DNA from: Tubiluchus corallicola
Taxonomy: Eukaryota > Animalia > Priapulida
Length of the DNA stretch: 64,000 nt
Reading direction: 5' to 3'
Assembly (NCBI GenBank): GCA_030141605.1
Contig: JAQGDQ010000023.1
Location: forward strand, 1,054,001-1,118,000
Of this stretch, positions 37,481-51,495 are shown one piece after another. Position 1 is the stretch's first letter, and each line of letters begins with the position of its first letter. The notes beneath the pieces were generated by a model. The model was not told the origin of the DNA. It did no database searches and saw only the letters and a program-made list of their open reading frames with translations. Position numbers and translations under genes: made by a program.

Positions 37481-38785
37481 CACTATTAACGTAAAAGTAA
37501 ACAAATCAAGTAGCTAGTAAACGTTTGAATTATTGAACATTAACATACATACATCATCAAAGGTTATGCACCTGGCGGTTGTTTATCATCCACCCTATAA
37601 CTAGCCTAATTGGAAGTGGACGGTTCCAGACTTTTTAAATGAATTTTCAACATACGTGGAATCAATTATGCATACTAGGGAAAAGCAAGGACATCCAAGG
37701 GCACATGTAAAATAAATGTTATCAATATTTTTCAACATTTTTCAACAAGTCGAAAACCAGGTATTTTAATTATGTGTACCCTGCATCTAATGGAGTTTAC
37801 AGCAGGTTTAAGAACACAGTCTAAAATCGTACTACAAAACTATGTGTAATAGTCACAATCATCGAAACAATCACTCTCAGTGGATCTTTACCAGCCCATA
37901 GCTAGAACGAGTTTTCAACAGATGGAAATAATCTCCTAGCATTCTTCAGAGTAATTAAGTCTGTCTCCTGCAATGAACTAACAGTCAAAATATCACTGAA
38001 ACATCGGTTTATTAGCAAATAAAAACATAATAATATATTAAAATAATATAAATAACTTTAACATCCATGATTCTGTGCATATATTTTTGTTTTATTAGAA
38101 CATGATGAGTTGCAAGCAGGGTCTTTAAAAAATTATACAAGATTCCATTATCACCATGCATGGACTAGAGGAAAGCGAGCAAACATTTCTTGATCTTAGT
38201 AGAACTGTCAAAGTGACAGACCGTTTTGCTTAAAATTGCTTGTCCTTTCTGTGAGTTGTCAACTGCTTTGTACATCTTATTTCGAACTTTTGCACTATTA
38301 ATGAAATTACTACTTATGAACTTTCAATCAGCACTTTTTGAGCAGTCACCATTTATTTGTTATTTTCTAATTTTCTTGGCTGTTGTATGCTAATGCAGCT
38401 TCTGCCATCTTCAAGTTTCCACAGATTGTGCCCAATATTTTAGTTAATGATTCAGTAAAGAATCAATCTGTATTGCTATAGAAATTTAATCGCCACCTAA
38501 GTGAAATTCTACTTGCAGAGATAGGCAATGTAGCCATGCTTCTGTATGCCAAGTAGTAATTTCGTACGCTACTTGTTGATTTAGCTTATTTGACCAAGAC
38601 CCAAGTACAAATATTGTTGAGATGCTTATTTTGCAAACAGACTTGTGTGCCTTAACTGAGAGAATTCAAAACATACACATAGTAGGAGATTAATAAATTC
38701 CAGGCATTTTTCACAATGTTGCTGATTCTACTATTTCATATTTGGACCCAGTAAAAGTTTTGAAAGTAATTCAACATTGTCTTAC

Positions 38786-38886
38786 CTCTAGGCATACTAA
38801 AAGAAGAGGCATATGTTTCAAATACAACTTATGTCCATGGGCAGACCCAAATCTCTCTGATAACTTGGTGCACAATTTATCAGCTC
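38786..38886 (-). CDS. PI4KA: PI4KA exon 11 (ADKLCTKLSERFGSAHGHKLYLKHMPLLLVCLE)
   Basis: tctgtag| acceptor, GAG|gtaag donor, 101 nt; matches GAENLCIKLSEK...HLPLLICCLQ. Confidence 0.93.
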
Positions 38887-40831
38887 CTACAGACAAATGA
38901 AACAAGCAAATCATTGTGAATTACATTAGAAAGAATACTTATCAAGTTACAAAAAAAATATAATTTAATTTAGTAAAATTGAAATACTAAGCAAGCATCA
39001 TGTCAAAATAACTGCCCGATAATATTCTAGCTTGTACAAAAATTTGTTTAATATTGAAGAATCTTTCTATTTTAACATTTATCCAACTGTTGAAAAATCA
39101 TTGTTTGCATACGCAAGGCATTATTAAGCATTCTGCAATACATCGTGGACTCCTCTTTTTTTACAAGCCATTTGTTTATATAAGCCACACCAGATCTGAT
39201 TATCCTAGGGGCCCCATCCATAAAAGCAACAAAGCTGCTGAGAGAAAAATGATTCTATATTCAACATTTGATTTTGGCTTCATTTTATCTGTTTATCCAG
39301 AAAAATGCAAGAATTACAAAAAGTAAAAGAGCTATTAGAAAGAGTTAAAAGTTTACATTCTGTGCTGACCAAATCTGCACTACTCTTTATTTCAGTATAA
39401 AAACATATTGAAATATAGCAACTAGTTTGTTGTGTCATTTTGTCATTTTTATCTTATGTCTGAAAACAGTTTTTGTCTGAAAGCTTTGTCGTTTTTATCT
39501 TATGATATTGTCAAAAGTGGTCCAAGGTTATTGTTTTCCTCTCCGGGCTACCCAAGTTATGAGTTTGACAACCCTCACCTGTATAATTTTGTATTTTTGC
39601 CTTGATGCTAATAATAGTCAAAGCTCAGAATGCTGATGTTGTTTTCCAGTGCAAGGCTACTCATACTGTCAGTGCGATAATGTTCACCTGTAAACTTTCG
39701 AAGTTCTTTTGATTTATTTCCAGCTATAGGAAAAACTAACAAAGGCTAAATCTTAGAGCCAGGGTCAACAAATTTGTGTCATTGTTTTACCTCTTATGAT
39801 ACGTATCCATCCTACAAATTACACTACTCTAAGTGTTGTAATTTTTGGGTCAGTTAGAGGCTATAGTAAAAAATAACAATACCCAGTGACCTTGACTAGT
39901 TGATCCAATGTCAGAGTGTGCTATACTATTGTTTCAGATACTATTTAAACTATCCGCAAAACAGGTTTTGTGACTGTAACTCAGGCATTTTTCAAGTTAT
40001 TTGACATAGCACTGTTTTGACACACCAGAATTGCCCATTTTGCCTAAAAGTTATGAAACTCAGCACAATGCTAGAACTCGTCAAGGTGATTAATTTCAAC
40101 ATGGGCCAATCGCAAATCGCAAATCGTCCAGGGTACCTATTTTAAAAATCGCCGACAAGATGACTACGGCTAGTTCATGTTAGTCACATCTTAGCTGTTA
40201 GGTAAATAAGCATGCACATTCAGGTAATGTCGATGAATTCGACGTACCACACTTTGGCTACGTACAACATGTGTTTACTAGAATAACACCTAAATCTTGG
40301 GCTTAAGTTTTTCATAAGCAGGGATTTATGCATTTAACCAATCAGCATACCACAGCTGTTCTATCTAAATGGCCTGCATTTCTTCTGATAATAGCAAATT
40401 TCAATTCGTAAACATAATTGTACAAATGCAACATATACAAGTAGCAGAATCATACGTTTTACACCAAAAAATAACAATTTTGTTAGTGAAGTCTAAATAA
40501 TACAAACTTTGAGAGACAATGGCATTCAGTGCAGTAATTCCTTTTTTGCAATTTGCACGAAGTCCCCATAATTCTATTTCGCTGCTTCAAAATCCACAGA
40601 TTTCAATTTTACAGCAGGATTCATAATTACTATTAACATAGTCTTAGTGAAACTGTGTGGAATGTTTCGGTATGTGGGAAACACTAAGTGCCACTATCGA
40701 CATTGTAGTTACAGGAAGTGTTGTCCTGTTTGTAAAAACAAGACTGAATGACAAGAAGTCACATGACAAAGGCCAAATGGTAAAGATAGGCTCCTTTTGT
40801 ATATACATAAAGTTTAAGAAGAAATTTGTAC

Positions 40832-41044
40832 CTGTTTCATCTTTTACAGCCCACACCATCAGTTCCACACATGTAGCATTTCCTTTTACATTCAGAGAAA
40901 ACTGATGAACTTGATTTCTTTTTTTTGAGAAACTGTCTCTAGTATCTTCAACAGCATCATGGTAACTATGAAGCTCTTGTTGGCCCTGCTGAAACAGATC
41001 TTTGGCGATGTCTCGAACGTCTTTTGTAAATGAAGCAGGAAGCT
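40832..41044 (-). CDS. PI4KA: PI4KA exon 10 (LPASFTKDVRDIAK...NATCVELMVWAVKDET)
   Basis: tttattag| acceptor, G|gtacaa donor, 213 nt; matches LPTSFVKE...NAACVDLMVWAVKDEQ. Confidence 0.93.
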
Positions 41045-41989
41045 CTAATAAAAAACAAATTCTGAATTGCTAAGTTAAATTTACATATAGACAGTATTAC
41101 AATACTAGTTGCAAAATGATGCCTTATGGTCATTGCTTTTTCTTGTAATTTATCAACTTTGTCGATGTCATTTTACGCATTTTACACAGACCCTAACTAT
41201 TATACAAAATATCTGGCTAAAGTGCAAAAGCACGGCAGCAAAAAGATTTATTTCATGCTTTTCGCAAAATGCACAGGCGTTATATGAAATGCCAAGGAAT
41301 TTTATAGCTTGCACATTGTATCGAACAGTGGACTAAATGAATAATCTGGTCAAGTAAAAATATACCGAACTCATAATAAAACCAAAACCTCTGAATCTCA
41401 CCTGACCTTGAGGATCTTAACATTTGATACAAGAATATTCTTTACAGCCAAATTTGGTTCACAAAATCTCATAAGCAATAATGGTAAGCAAAGTGCACTA
41501 GTTTCCCAGTACTGTCTCCTACTCAAACAAAAAAGTGAAATGGTTTTCATGTCAAACTTTTTCCTAATTTTGTACAGCAAGTTGCGTATGCGTACAACTA
41601 GTGTTTTAGGCAACATTTTGCAATTTTTACCTTTATCCCATACCATCGAATGTCATTGTCCAAAAGGTCTGACCTATCACCTGACATGTACACTTGACAT
41701 TTTGTTGGAGTGCCTTTAACACAAAATTGCACAAAATTTGCCTTTAAACAGTATAGTTGCAACTATTACAATCCTGGACCTGGGTTCCTTAGAAGAGGAA
41801 ACTAAAATATATTTGTCAATGTTGAATTGTCAAAAGTTGACAGGCCACTCCAATTCCTTGCATTCAGCAGACTCAGACGTTCCCACTATGCCCACCATTG
41901 CTAGGTAGCTGTTGAAGTGTCTATCTGTTTACCTTTGATTTGGACATGCCCTTGAGATAACCTTTGACCTTGACCATCATCTTGCATGA

Positions 41990-44775
41990 AGGTACCCCAT
42001 ACAAAAGTCTCAAGGCTACGCCAAATGGTTCAGGTATAAGTGGGGAGGTATTGCTCTACTGATTAAGAATAATATTCGTGTGGGAGTTAAGTTCTTGCCA
42101 GTCACATGCTCTCAATTAGCTTGGTTAAAACTAAACAAAAACTTTTTAATCTGTTGAGTGAAGTCTATGTTTGTGCTACTCAGAAAAATATTTTTAATTG
42201 GAGACATGAATGCAAGAACTTATAATGTACCAGATTTCATACAATAAAGCTATGATAGATTTGTGCCCATGACTCCAACTATGATCATGATATCTTGTTA
42301 TCCTTTCGTAACACTCAAGACAAACACCCAGTATGTAATTATGAGAAAACTCATTGATATTTGTAAAGCCCAACAATTGCGTATTCTAAACGGTATATGT
42401 CTCGGCGATGTATCAGGCAAACAAAATTGTTCCAGACCAAATAGAGCGTCGTTAATTGATTACTGTATAGTACACAAAGATTTATTACGTAATGTACTTT
42501 ACTTTAAAGTTGATGAAAAAATGCCTTATTCTGGTCATGCGAAATTTTCAACTATGTAATTCTAGTAATATGTAATAACTAGCAGACCTAATTTGCGTCT
42601 GTTAACCAAATAAGTTGAAATGGAACGCAAAATGCATACCTTTGATACAGAAATGTTATCTAGATGCATTAGACTAGATGTATTACAAAAAATAAAGAAC
42701 TTTCACAGACAAAATCTCGTTAATGGCGTTAATTCAGCCGCTAATTAATACAGCTACGCAGCTGTAAACCGGAAACCACAAAATAGGGCCAGCTACAAAC
42801 CAAAAAAAATCAAACAATGTAACAAAAACAAAGCCTGGTTTGATAAGGACTGTAGTAAAGCTCTAAATAAACCAATAAACTATGTAAATTACTTATAGTT
42901 AAACACAACTTTATTAAAAACATTTACATTAAAAAGTTAAAAGTTAAAATCATGCCAAGCATTTCAACTACCTGCTGCTGTCATCATCAGTGGAGAATTT
43001 ACAAACATACAACCAGTTTATATAAGCAGTGTTTATTATGCACTAATTAAGTAGTTAAGACAAGCCAAACATGTAATGAATAAACAGACCAGTAGAGAAA
43101 TTGATACAGCAACTTAAGCACTAATTATGTGTTTACAAAAGCCAAATAGGTAAACAGACCCAAAGAAAAGAAACTGATACAGCAACAAATAACTAAGTGT
43201 TTGAAAATAAAGTTAAAGGAATTGAACTGCTTTGCACATTCAGAGAAGGCTTATTAGGGTACATAGATAAACTTTCTTTTATTAATAAGTCCCAGTTATT
43301 TGTAGCTCTGGTCACAATGCTCCATTGAAGAGAATTTTTCAATTTTTTGCGAGTTCTAGACGAAATACCCCAATGTTCACAAATTCTTACTTTAAAGTGT
43401 TTGGATGTTTTGCCATGGTAAGCAGCATTGCAGCTGCTGCACTGAAAACTGTAAATAATACAGAGTGTGGATATTATGTCTTTAAATGGGAGAAAGAGCC
43501 AAAATTTTGCCAGATTTTAACACAATACGAAGCTGAATATGGAGGGTACACAATATGTTGTTTCACAATATGACAGATTTTATTTTTCACTTATACTGAC
43601 GACATTGTGCTCCTATCCAAATCAGAAGTTTTGCAAAATTTCCATACACAATCTGTCTACATACTGTAACAAGTGGAACTAAAGTTAACACTGATAAAAC
43701 CAAAATAATTGTTTTCAATAAGTCAGGGAGAATGCCTGCTAACCAGCTTTACAAATTTCAGAACGAATTCGCAATGGTTGAAAAACGATACAAATATCTT
43801 GGGATAAATTTTTAATTCTGGATCCTTTAGACAGTCTATAATAGAATTAAAAGACCATGGCACCAAATCTTTAAACATACCGACCTACGTAGTTCAAATG
43901 TGGCACTGAAATTACTCAATAACTTAATTAAACCGATTGCCCTCTATGGTTGCGAAACATTGGGTCCATTCTGCACTAACTTTAAACGAATTTTGGCTAC
44001 CAAAAATTGATCTAACTCCTACGATGATTTTACAAGTGAAGCCCTAAATTTAAAACTCTGTAGATCTGTGGATATCTATCTATAAGATCTATTTTACAAG
44101 TAAATTGAAAATCAGTAAAAAATGCAACAAGGGGTGAGCTCTGGCAATACCCCACTGGTATTGATATTCTACGCAGAATATAGGACACTGGATACATGTC
44201 ACTAATTCACCTAGAACAACCATTGTACACGCTGCATACACAAACTCTCTTAACCAATCTAATCTAGGAATATATAGCTGGGCCACTTCGGTAAAAGAAC
44301 TATTAAACTATATTGGTTTTACACATATTTTGAACAATCAGGGAACTGCAAAGAAGTGAAATTTGTTATTAGCAATTAAAAACAAGCTGCAAGATGATCA
44401 ACAAAAATACTAATAATAATGGTGAAGGCAATAAATTAAGAAACTACTGTAAATTTAAAAATACATATACACTTGAGAATTATCTGGTGCTGAATTCAAT
44501 ACCACCACAAGACAAAATTGCATTCACTAAATTACACATCAGCTCACACACACAAGCTATAAAAACAGGAAGACATGACAAACCACATAAGACACCACTT
44601 CAAGAATGAATTTGTCAAAATTGCAATTTAGATGAAATAGGAGATGAGTCACTACGATGCACAAAACATAACAACACCTACGATCTGCCTCTTTCAGTAA
44701 AATTAATAACTTGTGTTCAGACTTCTATAATACGTCAAATGAAAAACAAATTTATATTTCTTTTAGGATCTATAC
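41990..44775 (+). mobile_element. Decayed LINE ORF2 (APE-RT-3' Cys motif), fragmented
   Basis: IGDMNART, LRILNG..LGDVSGK, SLIDYCIV, WFDKDC, YTDDIVLLS, VNTDKTKIIVFNKSGR, YKYLGI, ISSHTQAIKTGRH, ICQNCNLDEIGDE; interrupted by unrelated DNA around 42900-43500. Confidence 0.8.
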
Positions 44776-44779
44776 TGTA

Positions 44780-45560
44780 CAAAATTAAGTATGTATTAAC
44801 AACCTTCTTAGACGTAAGCAAAGATTTTGATAGTCTTGATCACTTGTTGCTGCTAGAAAATCTCAAACAAATTGGATTTAATCAGGCATCTATAAACCTT
44901 ATCAAAAGATTCTTGCAAGACAGAATGCAATGGGTAAAATTAAAATCAAATGTTTATTCCGACTGGGCTACGGAGGTATTTCACAAGGTACACTTCATGG
45001 GCCACTACTCTTTAGCTTATACGTAAACAATAGACATCATGTTCTACAACATGCTCACATCACCCAGTATGCTGATCGATGACACCACAATATATTTTGC
45101 ACATAAAAATATCAATGTGGCATTACAGTACCTTGAACAAGACATTATTAATATAAATTCAGCATTTCTACATTACAAGCTGAAAACGAACAATGATAAA
45201 ACTAAATTCTTGATTTTATGACACCATTTCAAAACTCAACTGTCTCACCGAACATAGTGTTACAAATTGGAAACACAGTCATAGATCAATCAAAAACTGT
45301 ACATTTCTTAGGTGTTCATGTAGATAATAAACTTACTTGGAATGAGCATTTTGCTGACACAAAACAACAAAATGGCCTCAAGCACATCTTTTCTTCAACA
45401 GGTTAGGGGCCAGCTATCCAAGCAGACTAAGATTTTAATATATAAGACATTAATTTTACCTCACTTCTTATAAGACTGCTTGCTTTTTCACAAAACTAAA
45501 AAAGAAAATTACTTAAATCTCAATTTGCTTCAAAACTACGCCTTAAGACTTTGTATGGTA
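44780..45560 (+). mobile_element. Second decayed LINE RT fragment
   Basis: FLDVSKDFDSLDHLLLLENL, IDDTTIY, KTKFLI and FLGVHVDNKLTWNEH in ORFs 44739-45406. Confidence 0.8.
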
Positions 45561-45986
45561 TCAGTATGGTATCTATAGGACTTTATTTTGTTGTACATGA
45601 TTCGTTGCTGCTGTTACCTCTCATAGTGGATTTTCCTCCTATTATTATTTGTCTCCAAACATGGCTCATACATTTTTGTGGCTTATAATTTCAATTCATA
45701 AATTAGATAGGATATGTTTTTATTTGTAGGTTTTGATATGTTAAGAATGGCTGCTAGTGCACCTGGCACTCATATTCAGTGCCTGGAAGCCAGACACAGG
45801 ATACTGGAAACTAGCAACCAGAGTGACGCTGGGCACGTTGGTGTATCATTGGAATTAGCTAACACAACAAAGCTCCACATTATCATAAGACAACACACAA
45901 CAAAATGAGACAAATGCAATAAGCAACTTCACAAACATTTTAATATTGATAAAAAAGTTCTGTACTTTTAAGCAAAACAAGCATAC

Positions 45987-46083
45987 CAGATTCATGACGA
46001 AGCAGTTCTTTCAGCATTGCCAGAATAACTGCAGTGATTATTTCAGTAAATGACCTATAAGGATAGTGTGAATCATCGCACTT
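45987..46083 (-). CDS. PI4KA: PI4KA exon 9 (KCDDSHYPYRSFTEIITAVILAMLKELLRHES)
   Basis: tttacag| acceptor, G|gtatgc donor, 97 nt; matches YYTSFSD...KMLRDTL. Confidence 0.88.
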
Positions 46084-47288
46084 CTGTAAAACAATAGTGT
46101 AAAAGATAAATGCTGGTATGTCTCAATATGATGGTCAATTTATTCAAAATCAAACATTTTATGAACAAATTTACTACGTAATTACAATTATGTTTATATT
46201 ATGTGTATAACGAATTTTACAATGCAATATAACTGTAAATATGATATATTTCGCTTGATATTACTAAACAGCTTCTTCTATGCTTAAACTCAAGTTAAAA
46301 ATTTAAAGATGTACTGAAGCAAGATGTCAGCAAGTGTGCCATTTTAAATATTTTCTCAAGGGCTCATAAATACAAAAAATATTGTAATAGCAACTGAAAA
46401 GTCAGTTTTCGCAGAGCAACACCAAAGATTTCCTAACACTACCATATCAAATGCTTCATAAATAATTTTATGACCTACTTGCAGGAAATTTGGCATAGAA
46501 TCCACATAGTGGTTTACAAAACTGTAAATTTTATTCAGCTTTACTTGGGTCATCACACAATGTCTTGCATAAAGTAATATTTAGTGGCTTTATTTTTTAT
46601 GATAAGGGTTTTGAGCAAGGTTCTTTTGGAAAAATCATTCTGTATCTGTCAACTTTGTTTTGAACATGCCAGTCATCAAAATACTGTTCTAAAAAATCAA
46701 TTTCATGCAAAACTGATCCACAAGAAGAAAAATCCGTTTGAGAAATAGAAAATGCATCAACTTGAAGAAATAAATTGTATGCCTCTGTAGGTACCAGGCC
46801 AGAAAGCAACCCCTCTCTAGCATCCAAAGTGGCATATTTTGGATGCCTATAAGTGTGTGCTCTTTTTGAAAATCTTACATTTGAGCATGGACAAGTTTTG
46901 GCTATTATAGCAACCAATGTAAAATTATGTTATAGCAACCATGAATAATAAAAACAAATTTTCCTATCCTTCTTCAAATAAAATTTATGAAATATGATGT
47001 AAACAAAATTTTCGGGGCAGGTAGATGAAAAGTCATTTTCTTTTGGTTTCCAAATGATATTATCAATTGTTAATCAGTTAGCAAACTACTTTGTAAGCCA
47101 ATTTGAGTGTATATATAAATAATCAGCCACACTGAAAAATCCATTTTTGTCAATATTCCCTGAGATTTGTTTTTTTTGAAAGACAGGAATCATGAAATCC
47201 CTTTGTCACAGATTCCGAAAGGGAAAAATAATCTAGCCAAAAAAGGATAAAAAGGGGCATAGCCTGGGTACAATATTTTAACAGCAGG

Positions 47289-47399
47289 TATATATATATG
47301 CTGTTAAATATATTTTGCAATACACATATATATATATATATATACACATGTATATATACGTACATATATATATATATTTTAATATGTAATTTATATATA
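47289..47399. repeat. Imperfect (TA)n microsatellite
   Basis: Interrupted TA runs. Confidence 0.85.
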
Positions 47400-48065
47400 G
47401 AGTCAGCTACCAACCAATTCTAAACATATATTAGAATTTTCGCTAGACTTTCTTCAAAAAATATGATACGTAATCCATCTATTTCACATTACGTAGTTCG
47501 TGAACAACCTTTTCTAAACATCGACAAATTCGTATGTCATTGGTAATCGATTGCACCAAACAAAATCTATGCAATCACCAGTCACATGCCAGTTACCTGG
47601 TAATGGCATATCAGGACTAACAGACTAGGTCTGTGCTATTTGATAGCTTGCTCATTTACATGAAGTCAACTTTTAGACTGATATTAAATGAATGATTGAA
47701 ATAAACTAAATGTAAATGATGGTAAAAAAAGCTAATTTAAATATGCTTAAAAACTGTTCAAGTTTTCTATTCAGTTACTGGGCGCATGCTGGACTATTAT
47801 ACAGATTTTGCTTGTACATTTATATCCTTAACTATTACCTAATAGAGAGAGGATTTACATACATCAGAACAAGGCTCAAACACCTCTGCCAGTTCAGTAG
47901 CTCATCTTTATTGGGTTGTCTTGATAATGAGCAAGATTCTGGTCTTGCCATGCACATCAATATATATTTAATCTTAATGTAAAGAAACTGTAACACAATA
48001 CAAATAATAACTTATAACAACAGAAAAAATGTCAAAAATACAACAAATACGACAAACTGTCTCAC

Positions 48066-48131
48066 CATAAAAACTTCGTCTGCCACTTTATCCAAGTTTG
48101 TCAATAAATCTTTGTTTAAGATTATTTTCAC
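48066..48131 (-). CDS. PI4KA: PI4KA exon 8 (VKIILNKDLLTNLDKVADEVFM)
   Basis: ttctag| acceptor, ATG|gtgag donor, 66 nt; matches VKKIVEEAVLKSLD. Confidence 0.88.
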
Positions 48132-48499
48132 CTAGAACAGAATAAATTTTGCAAAGAAAAACTTTGCAATAAACAGAAAAGCCAACATTTGCTTAATAAC
48201 ATTACTTATCATGAAACAAACCTCAAAACAAGCAACCATCTAACAAAATAAGATTTTTGTACTATATAGATAACTAATTTGTGCATTTTTTCAGCCTCTT
48301 TTCTTTCTGGCAGATGTAATTCTTCAAACTGAAGACGAATCATTATAAATATATAAAATAGTTAATTAATATATGCCATAAGGTATTCTAAATCTAAATA
48401 TGAGCTAGACTGAACTGCACAAGATGCCACACCATTAAGTCTTAGAATTGAAAAGGAAATGCCACTTTACAGAAAAAATATGAAATGTAAAATAGTTAC

Positions 48500-48629
48500 T
48501 GATTCCAAAACATCTTGTAAATGCATGATAGAAAGCTGCAACGGATTGTTCTCTTTGACCAAGCCATTCACTTCTGCAGACGTAAAGCTGGAACCACACT
48601 TTGTGAAAAATATGGACGTCAGATCACAA
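48500..48629 (-). CDS. PI4KA: PI4KA exon 7 (CDLTSIFFTKCGSSFTSAEVNGLVKENNPLQLSIMHLQDVLES)
   Basis: ttggtag| acceptor, TCA|gtaact donor, 130 nt, restores phase; FFxxxGSSF resembles YFSTISSSF. Confidence 0.83.
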
Positions 48630-48963
48630 CTACCAACAAACAAGAGTGCAAATATAATGCATAATTTACAGAGCTATAAAAATTGATTTACACTGCAAGT
48701 TACCAAGGTTATTTTGTAACTTTAAGTACATGAAAAAGCCAGCATCTATGAATCAACATGCTATTTACTGAATGCAGATTGTTACAGCAAAAAATGTCAT
48801 TATCAATGGCAAAAATAATGAGTTCAGTTATGACACTAAAATTATCAAGGCATAAAAACCATTAGAAACTTACATGTGAAATTTAAGTTACCAGTAAACA
48901 AGTAGAAATACTCTTCAGAGAAAGAACTTTAAAAAAACATAAAAAATTAGTTTTCTTGCATTA

Positions 48964-50734
48964 GGCAGCATTTCCACTGTGTCCGCATGGAATTTTTCTG
49001 TGTCACTCAGACAGAAAAAAATTGAAGCAAAAGAATGCCTTTGCAAATCATTGCTTTCTGTGCTTGTCATTTTCACTGCATCCGCATGGAAAGCGGTGTG
49101 ACACGCAAATATCCACGCTTTAATTGCTAAACCCTTTTTTCTGCGGACGTAAAAGTTCATTTCAATACACACTGTAGAGTTTAAACCTTCATTCTGCAAA
49201 CAAAATAACCTTAAATACAGTCACAGATATTTCACTAGACAGAGGTGGGTAGTAATAGCTTTAGAGATCAATGATGAAGAACAAATATTCAGTTTTGATA
49301 TATAGATTTAACTTTTTTCAATGCTTCTGTGTATTTGGGTCTGACTTTGTGTTTCTTTGTCGCGTGCATTTTGTCAAATTCATCATAAACATTTACGCAA
49401 GCTATTGTTGCAGAATTTTGAATTTTTCCCATTGATGTATTCCCATTGCATTTGCAAAACATATAAGCCTATTGTACTTCCTCAAAATTACATTGTATGA
49501 TTGCAACTTTAGTTACAATGGAGAAAATTATTAGAGATAAACTATATCAGCTGTATAACATAAAAGCTGCTTTTTATTTCAAAGAATCAAAGAGAATATA
49601 ACTACACAGTAAGTCCTCACTTAATGACTCCCTATTTAGTGACAGTTCGTTTTAACGACGCTGAACATTTGTCACCCTTTTTTCACTTAATGATGCACGT
49701 TTCATTTAAATGACATTTTTTACTTTGCTTGCAGCCATTTTTTATTTTAGCAACAACTTTTTTTACCTAACTGGAAGCATTAAACTGATACAAATTACAC
49801 TATTCTGCTCTAAAAACGCATTAGTAATCTAAACTGTGCAATTATTATAAAGTTTTTGCTTCCCGACTGACTACAAATTAATTTCTAAACATGTGTATCA
49901 AGCGACATCTATTTACCAGTTCATACACCTCCAGACACTCTAGTTTAAACTTTATACCAAGGAATTTTGTCTGCAACCTTTTGCTATTATAACCAGACTA
50001 TTACTACTTGAAATTGTCTCAAGGTCGCACCATACAGGGCTTGTCTTTTGCCCGCATTGTTTAACCGCTAGCTGCCTTTATATAGGCTTCAATGCTAAGG
50101 AGAGCGAAACTGCTAGCAAGTCTAGCTACATGCTGGTAAGAAAGATATGTGGTTTCAAACAAACAGAAAGAAACGAATAAGTAAAAATATGAATAAAACT
50201 CATAAAACGTTTAATTTATATGATTTAAGCAGCATTGTGGAACATATCTCAGTGCTTTTACATTACTTTCTTGGGAAATCTTGGTTTCATTTAACGAAGT
50301 TTCGCTTAACGTAGCGTTGCACTGGAATGCATTAGCGTCGTTAAGTGAGAACTTAGTATACGTCATTTAAAAGGCTACAATATACAAATGTGCAAAATTT
50401 GCAAATTAAGTCAAAGAGTTGCAGGTTACATTCTTAAATAACTTAGGCACTGTTTTTCACCCATTATAACTTGTTCCAATATTCACGGTTTTTGAAAACT
50501 AGGTGTTGTCACGTGCTTTATTGCCATTTTTAAACCTTTAAAAAGAAATATATGCTTCGTTCGCCTCAAAACTCCCAAATCTAGATTACGCGCTAAAATT
50601 TTTGCCGCACTGTTATATGAATACTGCACAATGAATACAGATGCACTGGAAAAAGCTTCCGCGGATGTAAAATTTGCAAACAAAAAAAAAACTGTGTGTG
50701 TGCGTGTAGATACGGAAGCAGTGGAAACACGGCC
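48964..50734. mobile_element. Possible PIF/Harbinger-like non-autonomous element
   Basis: TIRs ggcagcatttccactgtgtccg / ggccgtgtttccactgcttccg (17/22); flanked by tta and tga; subterminal tccgc/gcgga motifs. Confidence 0.55.
49607..50358. mobile_element. Tigger/pogo-like MITE nested in the previous element
   Basis: TIRs cagtaagtcctcacttaatga / tactaagttctcacttaacga; subterminal tttaacga/cttaatga repeats; TA on the right flank. Confidence 0.7.
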
Positions 50735-50821
50735 TGAGTAACTGCTTTTGTGCAGTTATGATTTTTTGCCCAAATCTCGTGAAAGGTGAAAATTTTCCCC
50801 TTTTATTTATAAATTCTCTAG

Positions 50822-50839
50822 CTCTCTCTCTCTCTCTCT
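50822..50839. repeat. (CT)n microsatellite
   Basis: Nine CT units. Confidence 0.9.
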
Positions 50840-51495
50840 GAAGGGTATTTCTACTTCAATACTGATAACTGAAATTTTACTCTTTTAATTTTGCAACATT
50901 CTTTGTGCCTTGGTAATTTCAGTGTCATAAATGTACTGATTTCTTTTGGCTTAATTTTTAACTTCTGACCCGAATCGACTGCACTCAGCAAATAATAACA
51001 AAACTTTCATTCTGATACTGAGTGTAACTAAACAACAATATTCGTCGGAAAAAATATCATAAAAATACCATTATTTTGTCTCCTACTATACAGATGTACT
51101 TTTACCCTTTTTCATTCAACTGACGTACAAATTAACTACAATGACACACAGTGCAGTGCAGGCCAAGATCTACTTAAGTGGGTGCTGGCAGTTATTTTTA
51201 TCCTAATTATATTTTACTGTATATCTTTTTCTCTATTAGTTTGTTTTACTATATCTTCGGTTACTATATATTATATTTACTAGACATTTACAAATATTGC
51301 AGGCTTCATCTACAAAATTTGTTGCAGTTTGTGAATTCTATCATACTGAAAATGACTACTACGCCATGCAGCAGAAATGTTTGACATGCTTTTAGTACTT
51401 TATGTTTTAAAGTTTTTAATGAAAATAGTTTCTTTCAGTAACACTACAAAAGCTATAGCCAGCTCAAGTTGCATCAAACTGATAATAATTCTTAC

